Source: an uncultured Planctomycetales bacterium
Lineage (GTDB): Bacteria > Omnitrophota > Gorgyraeia > Zapsychrales > JANLHA01
Direction: 5' to 3'
DNA: 64,000 nt
Assembly (NCBI GenBank): GCA_964489065.1
Contig: CAZAXH010000004.1
Span: forward strand, 82,553 to 146,552
Shown one piece after another: positions 8,384 to 16,971 of the stretch. Below the pieces are notes generated by a model. The model saw nothing but the letters and a program-made list of their open reading frames with translations. It did not search any database and had not been told where the DNA came from. Numbering within the stretch: the first letter of the stretch is position 1; every line of letters starts with the position of its first letter. The translations under genes were made by a program, and so were the position numbers.

Positions 8384-10155
8384 GGATTTTCGCTCCTCTG
8401 TTGCACGAGACGGGACACATAGCGGACGTTGGTGTCGTCCCCGGCAAACCCTTCTACGGCCGTAAGCAGCCGCCGCGCTGCCGGGATATCTCCCAGTTCG
8501 AGATAGGCGTGAATCGCGTACACATAGGACAAAGACACAGTCGCGTCCAGTTGAATCGCGTTCAGAGCGGCGGACACCGCGCGAGGGTAATCGTTCTGCA
8601 AAATATACGCTTTGGCCAAATCGATATGCGCCGGCAGGAAATCCGGCCTTAGGCGGATGGTTTTCTCAAAATACCGGACCGCCTGGCCGGGGTCGCGCGC
8701 ACAACAGCGGCCCAGGTTATGCCAAAGCAGGAAGTTGTCATCCATCGCCGGGACGAACGGGTTGCGCGGGTCTTTCCGGGCGTATTCTTCAAAATAATAT
8801 TTCGCTTTATCGAATTGGGCCTGCTCGAAATAATTCAACCCCAGCACCCAGGCTGGCCGGGAACTGTCAGGATAGTTCCGGAGCATCTCCAGGCAGGCGG
8901 AAAAATTGTTCTTAAAAAAACTATTATTCCCGAATGTCGCCGCCATGCAAACTCCGATAAGCGCGGCCCTGAACATCAGCGCGGCGCGGGACGCGGGCCA
9001 ACGGGCCGCCAAAAACCGGGAAGCGCGTTCAACCCCCATGGCCAAAAGAAGAAACATGCCGACGGCCGGGAGATACATAAAGCGGAACGCAATCGGATTG
9101 GGCAGCCAGACGATATTGGAAACCGGCAAATACGCGATCACAAACCAGGCCACGGCAAAAAAGACCAGCGGCCGGCGCTTCTGGCCGCGCCATGCGGCCA
9201 CGACGCCAACGACGGCCAACACGGCCATCACCGCCAGCCCAAAACCGTCCCCAGGAGCCCAGCCCGGCGTATACAGGGGCGGCAGCACGGTCACAGCCAC
9301 GGGGAAAAGAAATACCTTTAAATATTCAAAAAAAATTTTTCCCGCGATCAGGCCGGAGGAAGCCAACCCCGTGCGGAAAAAAAGATATTTCGGATAATGC
9401 TGGCTGGGGCAAAGGACAAAATAAACAATCAGGTAGGCCAGTAAAATTAAAAAATACATCCGGTATTTTTTCTCCCTGGCCCGGACAAAGGCCCCCCATA
9501 ATTGGTTCTGCGGTTTAAAAATATATCCGTCATATAAAACCAAAAGCGGGATTAAAACCAGGGCGGTTTCTTTGGCGAAAAGCGCCAGCCCAAACGCCGT
9601 CAGAGATATTCCCAAAAATCTCCCGGAAGAAGGACAGGCGCATTCGGCGCGATAGTACGTTAAGAGGGCCGCCAGGATCAAAAGGGTCGACAGCAAATCG
9701 GACCGGTACCCGATGCAGCTCACGGCTTCCGACTGGATCGGATGGACACCGAACAGTAAAGCCGCCATAAACGCGAACGCCGGGTTGGGGCAAAGCGACC
9801 AGGCCAGCATAAAAACAAGCCCCACCACAACCAGATGAAACACAATATTGGTTAAATGATGCCCCGCGGGGTTGTCCCGGTAAAGCGCGTAATCTGCGAA
9901 AAACGTCAACGCCGTCACTGGGCGGTACGATATCAGCCCGGAATAAAAAGTCTCCTCCCCTTTCCAGTGGGGCTGGTATTGTTCCGGCGCCATCACCAGC
10001 TTCCTGCTGAATAAATACCTTAAATGGGCAGGATGTTTATAAAAAGAATTATTCCGGAAAATAGACAACGAATCCCCGATAAAACCATTATTCAAACAAT
10101 TCGAGAATGAGAGGAACGTCAGAGTGAAAAGAAGAATAATCGTGCGTTTTGTCAT
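8380..10155 (-). CDS. PMT/TMTC-like membrane protein with C-terminal TPR repeats, paralog 2 (tandem, 4-bp overlap with paralog 1)
   Basis: Architecture is the same as paralog 1: polytopic N-terminal domain (FIGDSLSIFRNN loop) and C-terminal TPR repeats. Its stop overlaps the start of the downstream paralog (ATGA-type overlap at 8380-8383). Confidence 0.65.
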   Translation of the reverse strand: MTKRTIILLFTLTFLSFSNCLNNGFIGDSLSIFRNNSFYKHPAHLRYLFSRKLVMAPEQYQPHWKGEETFYSGLISYRPVTALTFFADYALYRDNPAGHHLTNIVFHLVVVGLVFMLAWSLCPNPAFAFMAALLFGVHPIQSEAVSCIGYRSDLLSTLLILAALLTYYRAECACPSSGRFLGISLTAFGLALFAKETALVLIPLLVLYDGYIFKPQNQLWGAFVRAREKKYRMYFLILLAYLIVYFVLCPSQHYPKYLFFRTGLASSGLIAGKIFFEYLKVFLFPVAVTVLPPLYTPGWAPGDGFGLAVMAVLAVVGVVAAWRGQKRRPLVFFAVAWFVIAYLPVSNIVWLPNPIAFRFMYLPAVGMFLLLAMGVERASRFLAARWPASRAALMFRAALIGVCMAATFGNNSFFKNNFSACLEMLRNYPDSSRPAWVLGLNYFEQAQFDKAKYYFEEYARKDPRNPFVPAMDDNFLLWHNLGRCCARDPGQAVRYFEKTIRLRPDFLPAHIDLAKAYILQNDYPRAVSAALNAIQLDATVSLSYVYAIHAYLELGDIPAARRLLTAVEGFAGDDTNVRYVSRLVQQRSENP

Positions 10156-10184
10156 GCCCTTAAGGGACTTCCATACCGCTGGTT

Positions 10185-10349
10185 ATTGTGGAACCCACAC
10201 CGATGGGCGTGGGTACTGCTAACAATTCGCTTCGCGGAATGATCTGACTTTTTAACACATGTGAACATCCCCAGAGCAGAAGACCGTGTAACCCATTCGC
10301 CTTCATTCCGCGGGCGTGCCTATGGTCTTCCGCAAAGACGGATAAAACC
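10185..10349 (+). repeat. intergenic element family, copy B
   Basis: The copy reads tgtggaacccacaccgatgggcgtggg, then aacaattcgcttcgcggaatgatctgactttttaacacatgtgaacatccccagagcagaagacc, a loop, and ggtcttccgcaaagacggataaaacc. Confidence 0.7.
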
Positions 10350-10374
10350 ACGCAGGACACCGGGCAGGAAGAAC

Positions 10375-10662
10375 TCATCGCGGGACGTACGTGTTCTGCA
10401 GTTTCTTTTTATTATATGCGCTCGAGGCGCCCTGGACGCACCCAACGACCACCCCAAGCAATATCCACACAGCTGTTATCCCGATGCAAATTTTACCCCA
10501 GAGGATAAATTTTTTACCGATCGGGCTTAAAACCCCGAATTCATCCTTATTATTTTTTCCGGCAAAAATGAAAATGACACCGCATATCAACAGGACAACT
10601 TCCATAAAATCGGCTCCCGGATTTCTTCCCCCGCCCCCCTCATGGGTCGGACATCCTGCCAA
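10375..10662 (-). CDS. small hypothetical membrane protein (95 aa)
   Basis: Two predicted TM helices; no similarity recognised; weak support. Confidence 0.3.
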   Translation of the reverse strand: MAGCPTHEGGGGRNPGADFMEVVLLICGVIFIFAGKNNKDEFGVLSPIGKKFILWGKICIGITAVWILLGVVVGCVQGASSAYNKKKLQNTYVPR

Positions 10663-10691
10663 GACTGCAACGCCCGCTGTTAAAAAAAATA

Positions 10692-10765
10692 AGCCGACGA
10701 GAGGAGTTGAACCTCCGACCCACGGTTTACGAAACCGTTGCTCTACCGGGCTGAGCTACGTCGGC
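10692..10765 (-). tRNA. tRNA-Thr (anticodon CGU)
   Basis: The minus-strand sequence GCCGACGTAGCTCAGCCCGGTAGAGCAACGGTTTCGTAAACCGTGGGTCGGAGGTTCAACTCCTCTCGTCGGCT folds as a cloverleaf. Acceptor 7 bp, D stem GCTC/GAGC, anticodon stem ACGGT/ACCGT with loop TTCGTAA, T-loop TTCAACT. CCA is not encoded. Confidence 0.85.
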
Positions 10766-10989
10766 GTAAAAAACAATTGCGGATGCGTTTAAAAAATAGC
10801 ACCCAAGAAATATTGTGATATTTTACCGAAAAAATCCCATATTGGCAATAACTTTACCACAAAGCTCTCCCGACCGCCTTAAACAGTACAAAGACAGCCC
10901 CTTCAATATAAAAGGAACTGTCTTTGTGTTATCTCTGCCTCCCAGTATGAAACAAAAACCATAAGCCGGACAGTGTTAGCGGGGCCGCC

Positions 10990-11553
10990 TTATTCCAAAC
11001 CAGGGTCACCACCCATAGGGCCTTGCCTAAGGCCCCGCATGGAACCATGTCCCCCGGATTTCCATTCGGATTTCTCCTTATACAGCCCTGGAACCGTCTT
11101 TTTTTGCTCATCCGTCAAGATATTCTTTAAATCAGCCAGGGCCTTCACCAGCAGCTTGGCCTTCGCCTTTTTAATATCATATTTCTGCTCAATAAGCGCA
11201 TTCGCCTGCTCCACATCAATCACATCTTCCCGGAGCAAGGCCTTGACATCAAGACCGATAACCTCAATCTGGGCGTCCTTCATAATAATATCTTTCTTCA
11301 CGTCATGTTTTAACGCTCTGATTTTTCTGACCTGCTCATCGGAAAGATTCAGTTCACCCCAGTGCTTAAGCAACATTTGGGCTTTTTTCAGGAATTTGTC
11401 CTCCAGGCCTTTTTTCTCATCAGGCCCCCCAAGGCCGCCATCCTCCATAAAACCGCCGCAGACCGGCGGTTTCGCCCCTGCCGGCGCGACAGAAACCGCC
11501 ATCAGGGATATCCCCGCCACAACAATCATCCAGAATGTCTTTCCTCTCATCAT
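10990..11553 (-). CDS. periplasmic Spy/CpxP-family (LTXXQ motif) protein
   Basis: Signal peptide MMRGKTFWMIVVAGISLMAVSVAPAGA. LTXXQ-type motifs LSDEQVRKIRALK and LTDEQKK are present. The composition is K/E-rich and helical. The start is trimmed from the track ORF (11610) to the MM at 11553. Confidence 0.55.
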   Translation of the reverse strand: MMRGKTFWMIVVAGISLMAVSVAPAGAKPPVCGGFMEDGGLGGPDEKKGLEDKFLKKAQMLLKHWGELNLSDEQVRKIRALKHDVKKDIIMKDAQIEVIGLDVKALLREDVIDVEQANALIEQKYDIKKAKAKLLVKALADLKNILTDEQKKTVPGLYKEKSEWKSGGHGSMRGLRQGPMGGDPGLE

Positions 11554-11643
11554 GCCCTCCTTTTTTAACAGATTCCCGCCGTACACCCCGCTCACTCTCG
11601 TTGTCAGCAAGCCATAAAGACGAAACTGAATCTGCGCCTCATC

Positions 11644-12666
11644 TTATCGGACTAGTCTGTCCGCTGTCGCGATAATCTCCAGATCAAACTCCACGCCTAA
11701 CTCCGCGGCTTTTTTAAGATTAAGTTCAATCAAATAATCAATAGGTTCGATGGGAGGAATATTTCCTGCATACTCACCGTTAATGATTTGATCCAGAATT
11801 TTTGCCTGCAGGGCACCCAAAGAAAAATGATTTGTTAAAACTCCGCCGATAGCACCTTCATCAGTAAATTTGCTGGTAATACCAAGAATAGGCTTTTTAT
11901 ATAAATTCTGCAGTTTTCTAAACTGTTCTTCATCGGAACTTAACTGATCAAGGCTGAACCAACCGAATATAAGATCCGGTTCACCCTGCTTCAAGTTCTC
12001 CAGCAAAAGATCACAGCTGGCCTGTCCTTGCTCAGGATCATAAAAATCTATATATATAATATCCCACCCTTTCGTATCCGTAAGTTCTTTAAGATGTTTT
12101 ACATAGATCGTTTCCTGCAGCACGTTACTATCGTACACAAAGGCTATTCTCTTAAATCTGCTTCTATCAGAAAACATCTTGCGGAAAAGCTCCAGTCTCG
12201 CCAAGGGGCTTACCCCATAACTTATGCCTGTTATATTTTCACCCGTAGGTTTATTAAATTCTTTTATCAATCCCCCCTCTATGGGAAAGGTTACGCCACA
12301 AAAAATCATCGGAATTCCGGCCTTCTTTATTTCCGGCCATACCGGCACACTCGCCTGCGTCCCGATCGTAATAAGGACATCGGCGCCTTGTTCAATCAAT
12401 TCCTGCGCCATAGCAACGTTTTCACCAAAATATTTTGACTCACTATACGCTATTTTCGTCGCTAAAAACTGGACGTCGCGCCCTTCTTGGCGACTCAAAG
12501 ATTTAAAAGCGTCCTGAAAGCCCTGTTCGATCTCGACTCCAAACGGAGGAGATACCCTTATGACTCCAATAACGATCTGTTTTTTATCAGCTGCTTTACA
12601 AATTGTGGTGTTCACAAAACAGAAAATGGCACAAATACCGATAATTTTTAATAGCTTCCGACTCAT
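11644..12666 (-). CDS. ABC-transporter-type periplasmic substrate-binding protein (PF04392-like)
   Basis: Signal peptide, then IVIGVIRVSPPFGVEIEQGFQDAF...ADVLITIGTQAS...GISYG. This layout is typical of the 'ABC transporter substrate binding protein' family. Confidence 0.65.
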   Translation of the reverse strand: MSRKLLKIIGICAIFCFVNTTICKAADKKQIVIGVIRVSPPFGVEIEQGFQDAFKSLSRQEGRDVQFLATKIAYSESKYFGENVAMAQELIEQGADVLITIGTQASVPVWPEIKKAGIPMIFCGVTFPIEGGLIKEFNKPTGENITGISYGVSPLARLELFRKMFSDRSRFKRIAFVYDSNVLQETIYVKHLKELTDTKGWDIIYIDFYDPEQGQASCDLLLENLKQGEPDLIFGWFSLDQLSSDEEQFRKLQNLYKKPILGITSKFTDEGAIGGVLTNHFSLGALQAKILDQIINGEYAGNIPPIEPIDYLIELNLKKAAELGVEFDLEIIATADRLVR

Positions 12667-12849
12667 ACTGTTACTCCTTGTTTAGGCTACAGACAATTAT
12701 AAAATCTTAATTTCCCCTATCCTGCGGCCCCGGAATGGATCGGCCGGCTGTTCAAATAATAAACACAAATGTCATCCCGTTTTTTAAACTATCCGGGTTT
12801 CATTTCTTAGGCAACGGCATTGCATAAAAGCTCGGCATGCGTGAAATCA

Positions 12850-12960
12850 AAGGTATAACCCCAAAAGCAAACGCTGGACTTTCTTGCCCCGCGAATGCTC
12901 TTTGCCATTAAAAATTATACGTTAATTCCGGACGCCAATCAAAACAATTATACAAATTAC
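12850..12960 (+). repeat. degenerate remnant (copy H) of the intergenic element's promoter-proximal module
   Basis: ggtataaccccaaaagcaaacgctggac...gccccgcgaatgc...caatcaaaacaattatac aligns to the 62803-62860 part of copy E and to 22130-22180. The core hairpin is missing. Confidence 0.35.
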
Positions 12961-13011
12961 CATTAATCCTTGCTCTTTTAAAATATAGATCCGGGAAAAG
13001 CGGCTTGCCTG

Positions 13012-13072
13012 TATATTAAAACGCCCATCTCCAAGCGGATCTCAAATATTTAAGACTACCGGGAGATGGGCG
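13012..13072 (-). terminator. rho-independent terminator downstream of the porin-like gene
   Basis: An 11-bp stem CGCCCATCTCC/GGAGATGGGCG is followed on the minus strand by TTTTAAT. Confidence 0.45.
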
Positions 13073-13114
13073 TGATTCAACTTTTTATTTAAATACTCGT
13101 GCCAGAAACAGCAA

Positions 13115-14476
13115 TTAAAAACGCACTTCCGTATAAAGAGAAACCTGGTTCGTGGGCTTCCCTGATTTAAAGGCTTTTTCCAAATAACCTCTTGGCCAAA
13201 ACCGGGCACCGACCAGCTGAAACGAAACATTTTTATTTAATTCATATTTTATATACGCATTGGCCTCTGTTGCTTTTCCTTTTTCCCCGGATATGGCCGT
13301 AACACAATCAAGCAGCGCATACCGCGTCCCGACCGTTATTTTGTCTTCCGTTGTTATGCCATACTCTTTATAAATCTTATTCTCCATCTGTTCGCCTTTT
13401 CCGCCAAAGCCATACTCCACGCCGACAAAAGGAATCTTGACGTTGACGACATCTTCGGCGTACGAATCATTTAAAACCTCGTAGGTAATATAGGCCATGG
13501 AGTAAAAACAGTCCCGGCCGATACGCCGGAAATTCTCATCCTTCCCAGGGCTGGCTAGCTTATCTCCGGAAACATAAACGTAACCCGCATTCAAATCAAT
13601 GGCCTTGTCCTCCTCTAATTTAATGGAGTAGTCGCCCTTTAACCTGGCCAGCCAACCCGTGTAATCTTTATTGGCGATATCGTCTTCCCCGGCATTAACT
13701 CCCAGGAGAAAAGCATACGCCAGGTTATCGATAAACGTTTTTCCATCACCTTTTAATGTCCAAAGGACAAGGTTAGACTTTTCGCCCAGGGTGTCATCCA
13801 AGCGCTTGCGGTAATAAGTTCCCATCCTAAAATTATGGCCTTCAAAAATCTCGTCGGTCTGGGCCTCAAGACCATAAATAAGTTCGTCATAATTTCCTTC
13901 CATGGCGATCCCGGTCCCCATCTTAGCCCGCTGCCCAAAAAAAGTGCTCCAGTTAATCTTAGCCCAATTCTTGTCCACCTTTACGGCATCAATGGCCGTC
14001 AATTCCAGAAAACGTCCGGAATGAGGTCCGTAATAGAAGAAGGCGTCCTCACTTTCCCCCATATATTGCCTTCCAAGAGTGACGCTAAAACCCTGCCAAA
14101 AATCTGTAAGCTGTAGATAGAGATTCGCCACAACCGGATCAGCCGACTCGGGGGCGTCTTCTAATTCGCTTGTATGATAAGTTTTCCGGTAATGCTGCCA
14201 ATTCTGCCAGTAGCCAAGCTCGCTCCTTAAAAGCAGGTTTTCCGTTATCTTGGAGTCCAAAGCAACCAAGGCCCTTGTTATAATGGCCCCGTCGTCGCCC
14301 CCCTTCCCGCGGTAATTAGTCATATACGTTGCCATCGTCATGATGTCACCGCTCACTTCAATCCTTTCTTCCAAATCTTGCAAAAAGTCTGCGTTGGCGA
14401 CTCCTGCCGTGGACACCATAAATCCAACAAATGTCAACACGCAAAAAAATTTTCCCGGGCTTTTCTCCATAACCAT
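13115..14476 (-). CDS. outer-membrane beta-barrel (porin-like) protein
   Basis: Signal peptide ...FMVSTAGVANA; alternating amphipathic beta-strand pattern; C-terminal ...YTEVRF with terminal Phe typical of OMP beta-barrels. Confidence 0.5.
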   Translation of the reverse strand: MVMEKSPGKFFCVLTFVGFMVSTAGVANADFLQDLEERIEVSGDIMTMATYMTNYRGKGGDDGAIITRALVALDSKITENLLLRSELGYWQNWQHYRKTYHTSELEDAPESADPVVANLYLQLTDFWQGFSVTLGRQYMGESEDAFFYYGPHSGRFLELTAIDAVKVDKNWAKINWSTFFGQRAKMGTGIAMEGNYDELIYGLEAQTDEIFEGHNFRMGTYYRKRLDDTLGEKSNLVLWTLKGDGKTFIDNLAYAFLLGVNAGEDDIANKDYTGWLARLKGDYSIKLEEDKAIDLNAGYVYVSGDKLASPGKDENFRRIGRDCFYSMAYITYEVLNDSYAEDVVNVKIPFVGVEYGFGGKGEQMENKIYKEYGITTEDKITVGTRYALLDCVTAISGEKGKATEANAYIKYELNKNVSFQLVGARFWPRGYLEKAFKSGKPTNQVSLYTEVRF

Positions 14477-14599
14477 TCTCCTTCCTAAATTTAAGGTAAA
14501 TTTTTTAATATTATAACTCGTGTTTGATCATGGATTTAACAAAATTCTGCTTTTTTTATATTCTAAAAATCAACAAAACTCGTGAGCCCCCGGGTTGTC

Positions 14600-14807
14600 A
14601 TGGCCGTGGGTTTCCCGCGATAATAAAAAAATCTTGTCTGGGCCCTTGATTCATCACGTTACGCCTTCCCCCCGGGACATGGCAACAGATGACTCCACCG
14701 GGTTCGGCTGCGTCATTAGAAATGCAAACATCCCCGGGGCAAAAAACTTTGTGGACCCCTCGCATCCAGGGGCATGCCCGTGGCCTTCTGCTCATGGGGA
14801 TAAAACC
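14600..14807 (+). repeat. intergenic element family, copy F (divergent porin/MCP region)
   Basis: The copy reads ...ttagaaatgcaaacatccccggggcaaaaaac...ggggcatgcccgtggccttctgctcatggggataaaaccc. The 5' part is partly degenerate. Confidence 0.55.
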
Positions 14808-15063
14808 CAGCTTAATATCCGCATCTGTTTTCCCGGCCCCCGTCCTGAACCGCCCATATTTCTATAATCAATGAATGGTTCTGTTGTTAAAAAAGTTAAA
14901 ATTTTACATGCAAGTCTTTAAGAGGAGCGATATATTGAGTATGATGTTTTGAAAAGTGCGGACACAAAATTTCCCAAATAGTTTTGAAATTATAAATAGA
15001 GAATAATTATTGTGCCGTCTATTTCTTTGTTTCTTGATTTCAAAAACAGAAAAGAGAAGTGTT

Positions 15064-16938
15064 ATGTTTTTTCTAAAAAAGACACGAATGTTATTTAAGC
15101 TGCTCCTTTCCTATTTAATCCTCATCTCCCTTCCGCTGTGTGCTTTGGGATATATCTCTTACGCCAGCGCTTCCAAAGCAATCGTCTCCCTGTTTTCCCA
15201 GTCCTTAAGTAGCGTCGTTGAAAAATCCGTAAAACAAATAGATGCTTTTCTGGAAGTTTGTATTCGCGACATGGAAGAATTATCGGGGAAACCGACTACA
15301 CAGATAGCGTTTTACTTAAATGACTATATGCGTAACCGTCTTTCCGATGTCGTCAAGGAATACCAAGATTACATAAACAAACGGCCACACATATCCCGAA
15401 TCCGCTTAATATCTCTTGACGGCAAACAGATACTCTGCACTTCCGATAATGCGGAAAACATCAATAGAGATGAATCCCAAGCCGAATGGTTTCTTGGCGC
15501 GCTGGACAGGAAGGGGAAAGAAGTATATATCTCCGATATGTATCTTGATCAAACAACAGACTCGGCGATATTAACGATGTCAAAAGTGATAACCTCCAAA
15601 GAGGACAAAAAGGTCGGCGTTCTTGCTCTGGACATAAAAGGAAAAGCCATAACTTCGTTTATTGATGAACTGAAGGCGGGCGAAACAGGCTATGGATTTT
15701 TAATAAACAAGGCCGGTTTTTATCTGGCTTCCCCAAAAAAAGACCGTATTTTGCGTTTTAATCTACTCAAGACGCCGGATGAAAAATTAAAAGACATAAT
15801 AAATCAGATGATAAAAATGAAGCAGGGGCAGGGCGACTATGAGTTCGAAGGCGTCTTAAAACACGTGTTTTATGCTCCTTATCAGCGTTTAAATTGGGCC
15901 GCCGCAATAACTATTCCCGACAATGAATTATTAAAAGAGGCCTTAAAATTAAAGGGCGTTATTGTTGCCGTCGGAATTATTAGTATTATCGTGGCGATCA
16001 TTTTGAGTTTCTTTATATCGCTTTCAATTACAAATCCCATAGAAAAGTTAAAAGAAGGGATGAAAAATATCGGGGCGAAGAATTTAACGAGGGCGGTGCG
16101 TGTCAAGAGCCGTGACGAAATTGAGGACCTGGCGGTTGCTTATAACAAGGTTGTTGAAACCTTAAGAGACGTCATTTTTCATATCCAGGACGCCGGATTC
16201 AAGATCAACCAATTTGCTTCCACTATTAACAGCGGCGCGAGCAAACAAGCCGAAGACGCCGAAGCCCAGGCGGCCACGGTGGAAGAGGCCAGTTCCACGA
16301 TCGAGGAACTGGCCAACACATCCTCCCATATCTCCGAAAGGGCAACAGGCGTTGCTAAAACTGCTGAACGCACGCTTTTAAGTATGCAGGAGGTGAATGA
16401 AAAGGTGATTCAAACGGATACGCGTATCGCCAATCTGGAGAAAAAGTTGAGATATATCGGAGGGATCACCGAACTGATTGACAACGTTGTTGACCAGACA
16501 AACCTTTTAGCGATCAATGCCAGTATTGAAGCGGCGAGAGCGGGAGAGCTGGGGAAAGGGTTTAGCATTGTGGCCAGAGAAGTCAAAAAACTGGCCTCAA
16601 AGTCTTCTTCCTCTACCAATGAGATAAGAGCCATCATTGATGAAATTCAGGAAGAAACGAAATTAGCAGTCGACGACATGAGTAATTCTGTTAAGCAAGT
16701 GGCGCAAGTTTTAGAATTAGTGCAGGAAACCAGCACATCCGCACAAGAAATTTCGCGCACCATCCAGGAGCAGCAAGTCGCTTCCAATGATACCGTAAGT
16801 TGCATATTGAATATTTCCGAGGTTACTCAAAAATTTTTGGCTTCCACACAACAATTTGTGGACTCTGCCCAAAAACTTTCCCGCTTATCGGAAGAATTAA
16901 AAAAATCCGTTGGAGAATTTATCTTAGGCAAATCCTAA
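15064..16938 (+). CDS. methyl-accepting chemotaxis protein with periplasmic Cache-like sensor and HAMP domain
   Basis: N-terminal TM helix, ~280-aa periplasmic region, second TM helix, HAMP domain, then the MCP signalling domain (...[31 protein letters not shown]...). The start is set at the ATG at 15064 (MFFLKK). Confidence 0.85.
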   Translation: MFFLKKTRMLFKLLLSYLILISLPLCALGYISYASASKAIVSLFSQSLSSVVEKSVKQIDAFLEVCIRDMEELSGKPTTQIAFYLNDYMRNRLSDVVKEYQDYINKRPHISRIRLISLDGKQILCTSDNAENINRDESQAEWFLGALDRKGKEVYISDMYLDQTTDSAILTMSKVITSKEDKKVGVLALDIKGKAITSFIDELKAGETGYGFLINKAGFYLASPKKDRILRFNLLKTPDEKLKDIINQMIKMKQGQGDYEFEGVLKHVFYAPYQRLNWAAAITIPDNELLKEALKLKGVIVAVGIISIIVAIILSFFISLSITNPIEKLKEGMKNIGAKNLTRAVRVKSRDEIEDLAVAYNKVVETLRDVIFHIQDAGFKINQFASTINSGASKQAEDAEAQAATVEEASSTIEELANTSSHISERATGVAKTAERTLLSMQEVNEKVIQTDTRIANLEKKLRYIGGITELIDNVVDQTNLLAINASIEAARAGELGKGFSIVAREVKKLASKSSSSTNEIRAIIDEIQEETKLAVDDMSNSVKQVAQVLELVQETSTSAQEISRTIQEQQVASNDTVSCILNISEVTQKFLASTQQFVDSAQKLSRLSEELKKSVGEFILGKS

Positions 16939-16971
16939 CACAGGCACCCCGTTGAGGGCGAAAGGCCCGTT

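Noticed and set aside
10160-10378. Track ORFs lying over repeat copies: 10160..10378(-), 6407..6601(+), 14598..14795(-), 42806..43105(-), 62678..62863(-). Several share peptide stretches such as RRPRACP and LLRxxGSRACF.
   Set aside because: The shared peptides are just translations of the conserved nucleotide element. Copies differ by indels that shift frame, ORF lengths and frames vary, and no start or RBS is conserved. The element is non-coding.
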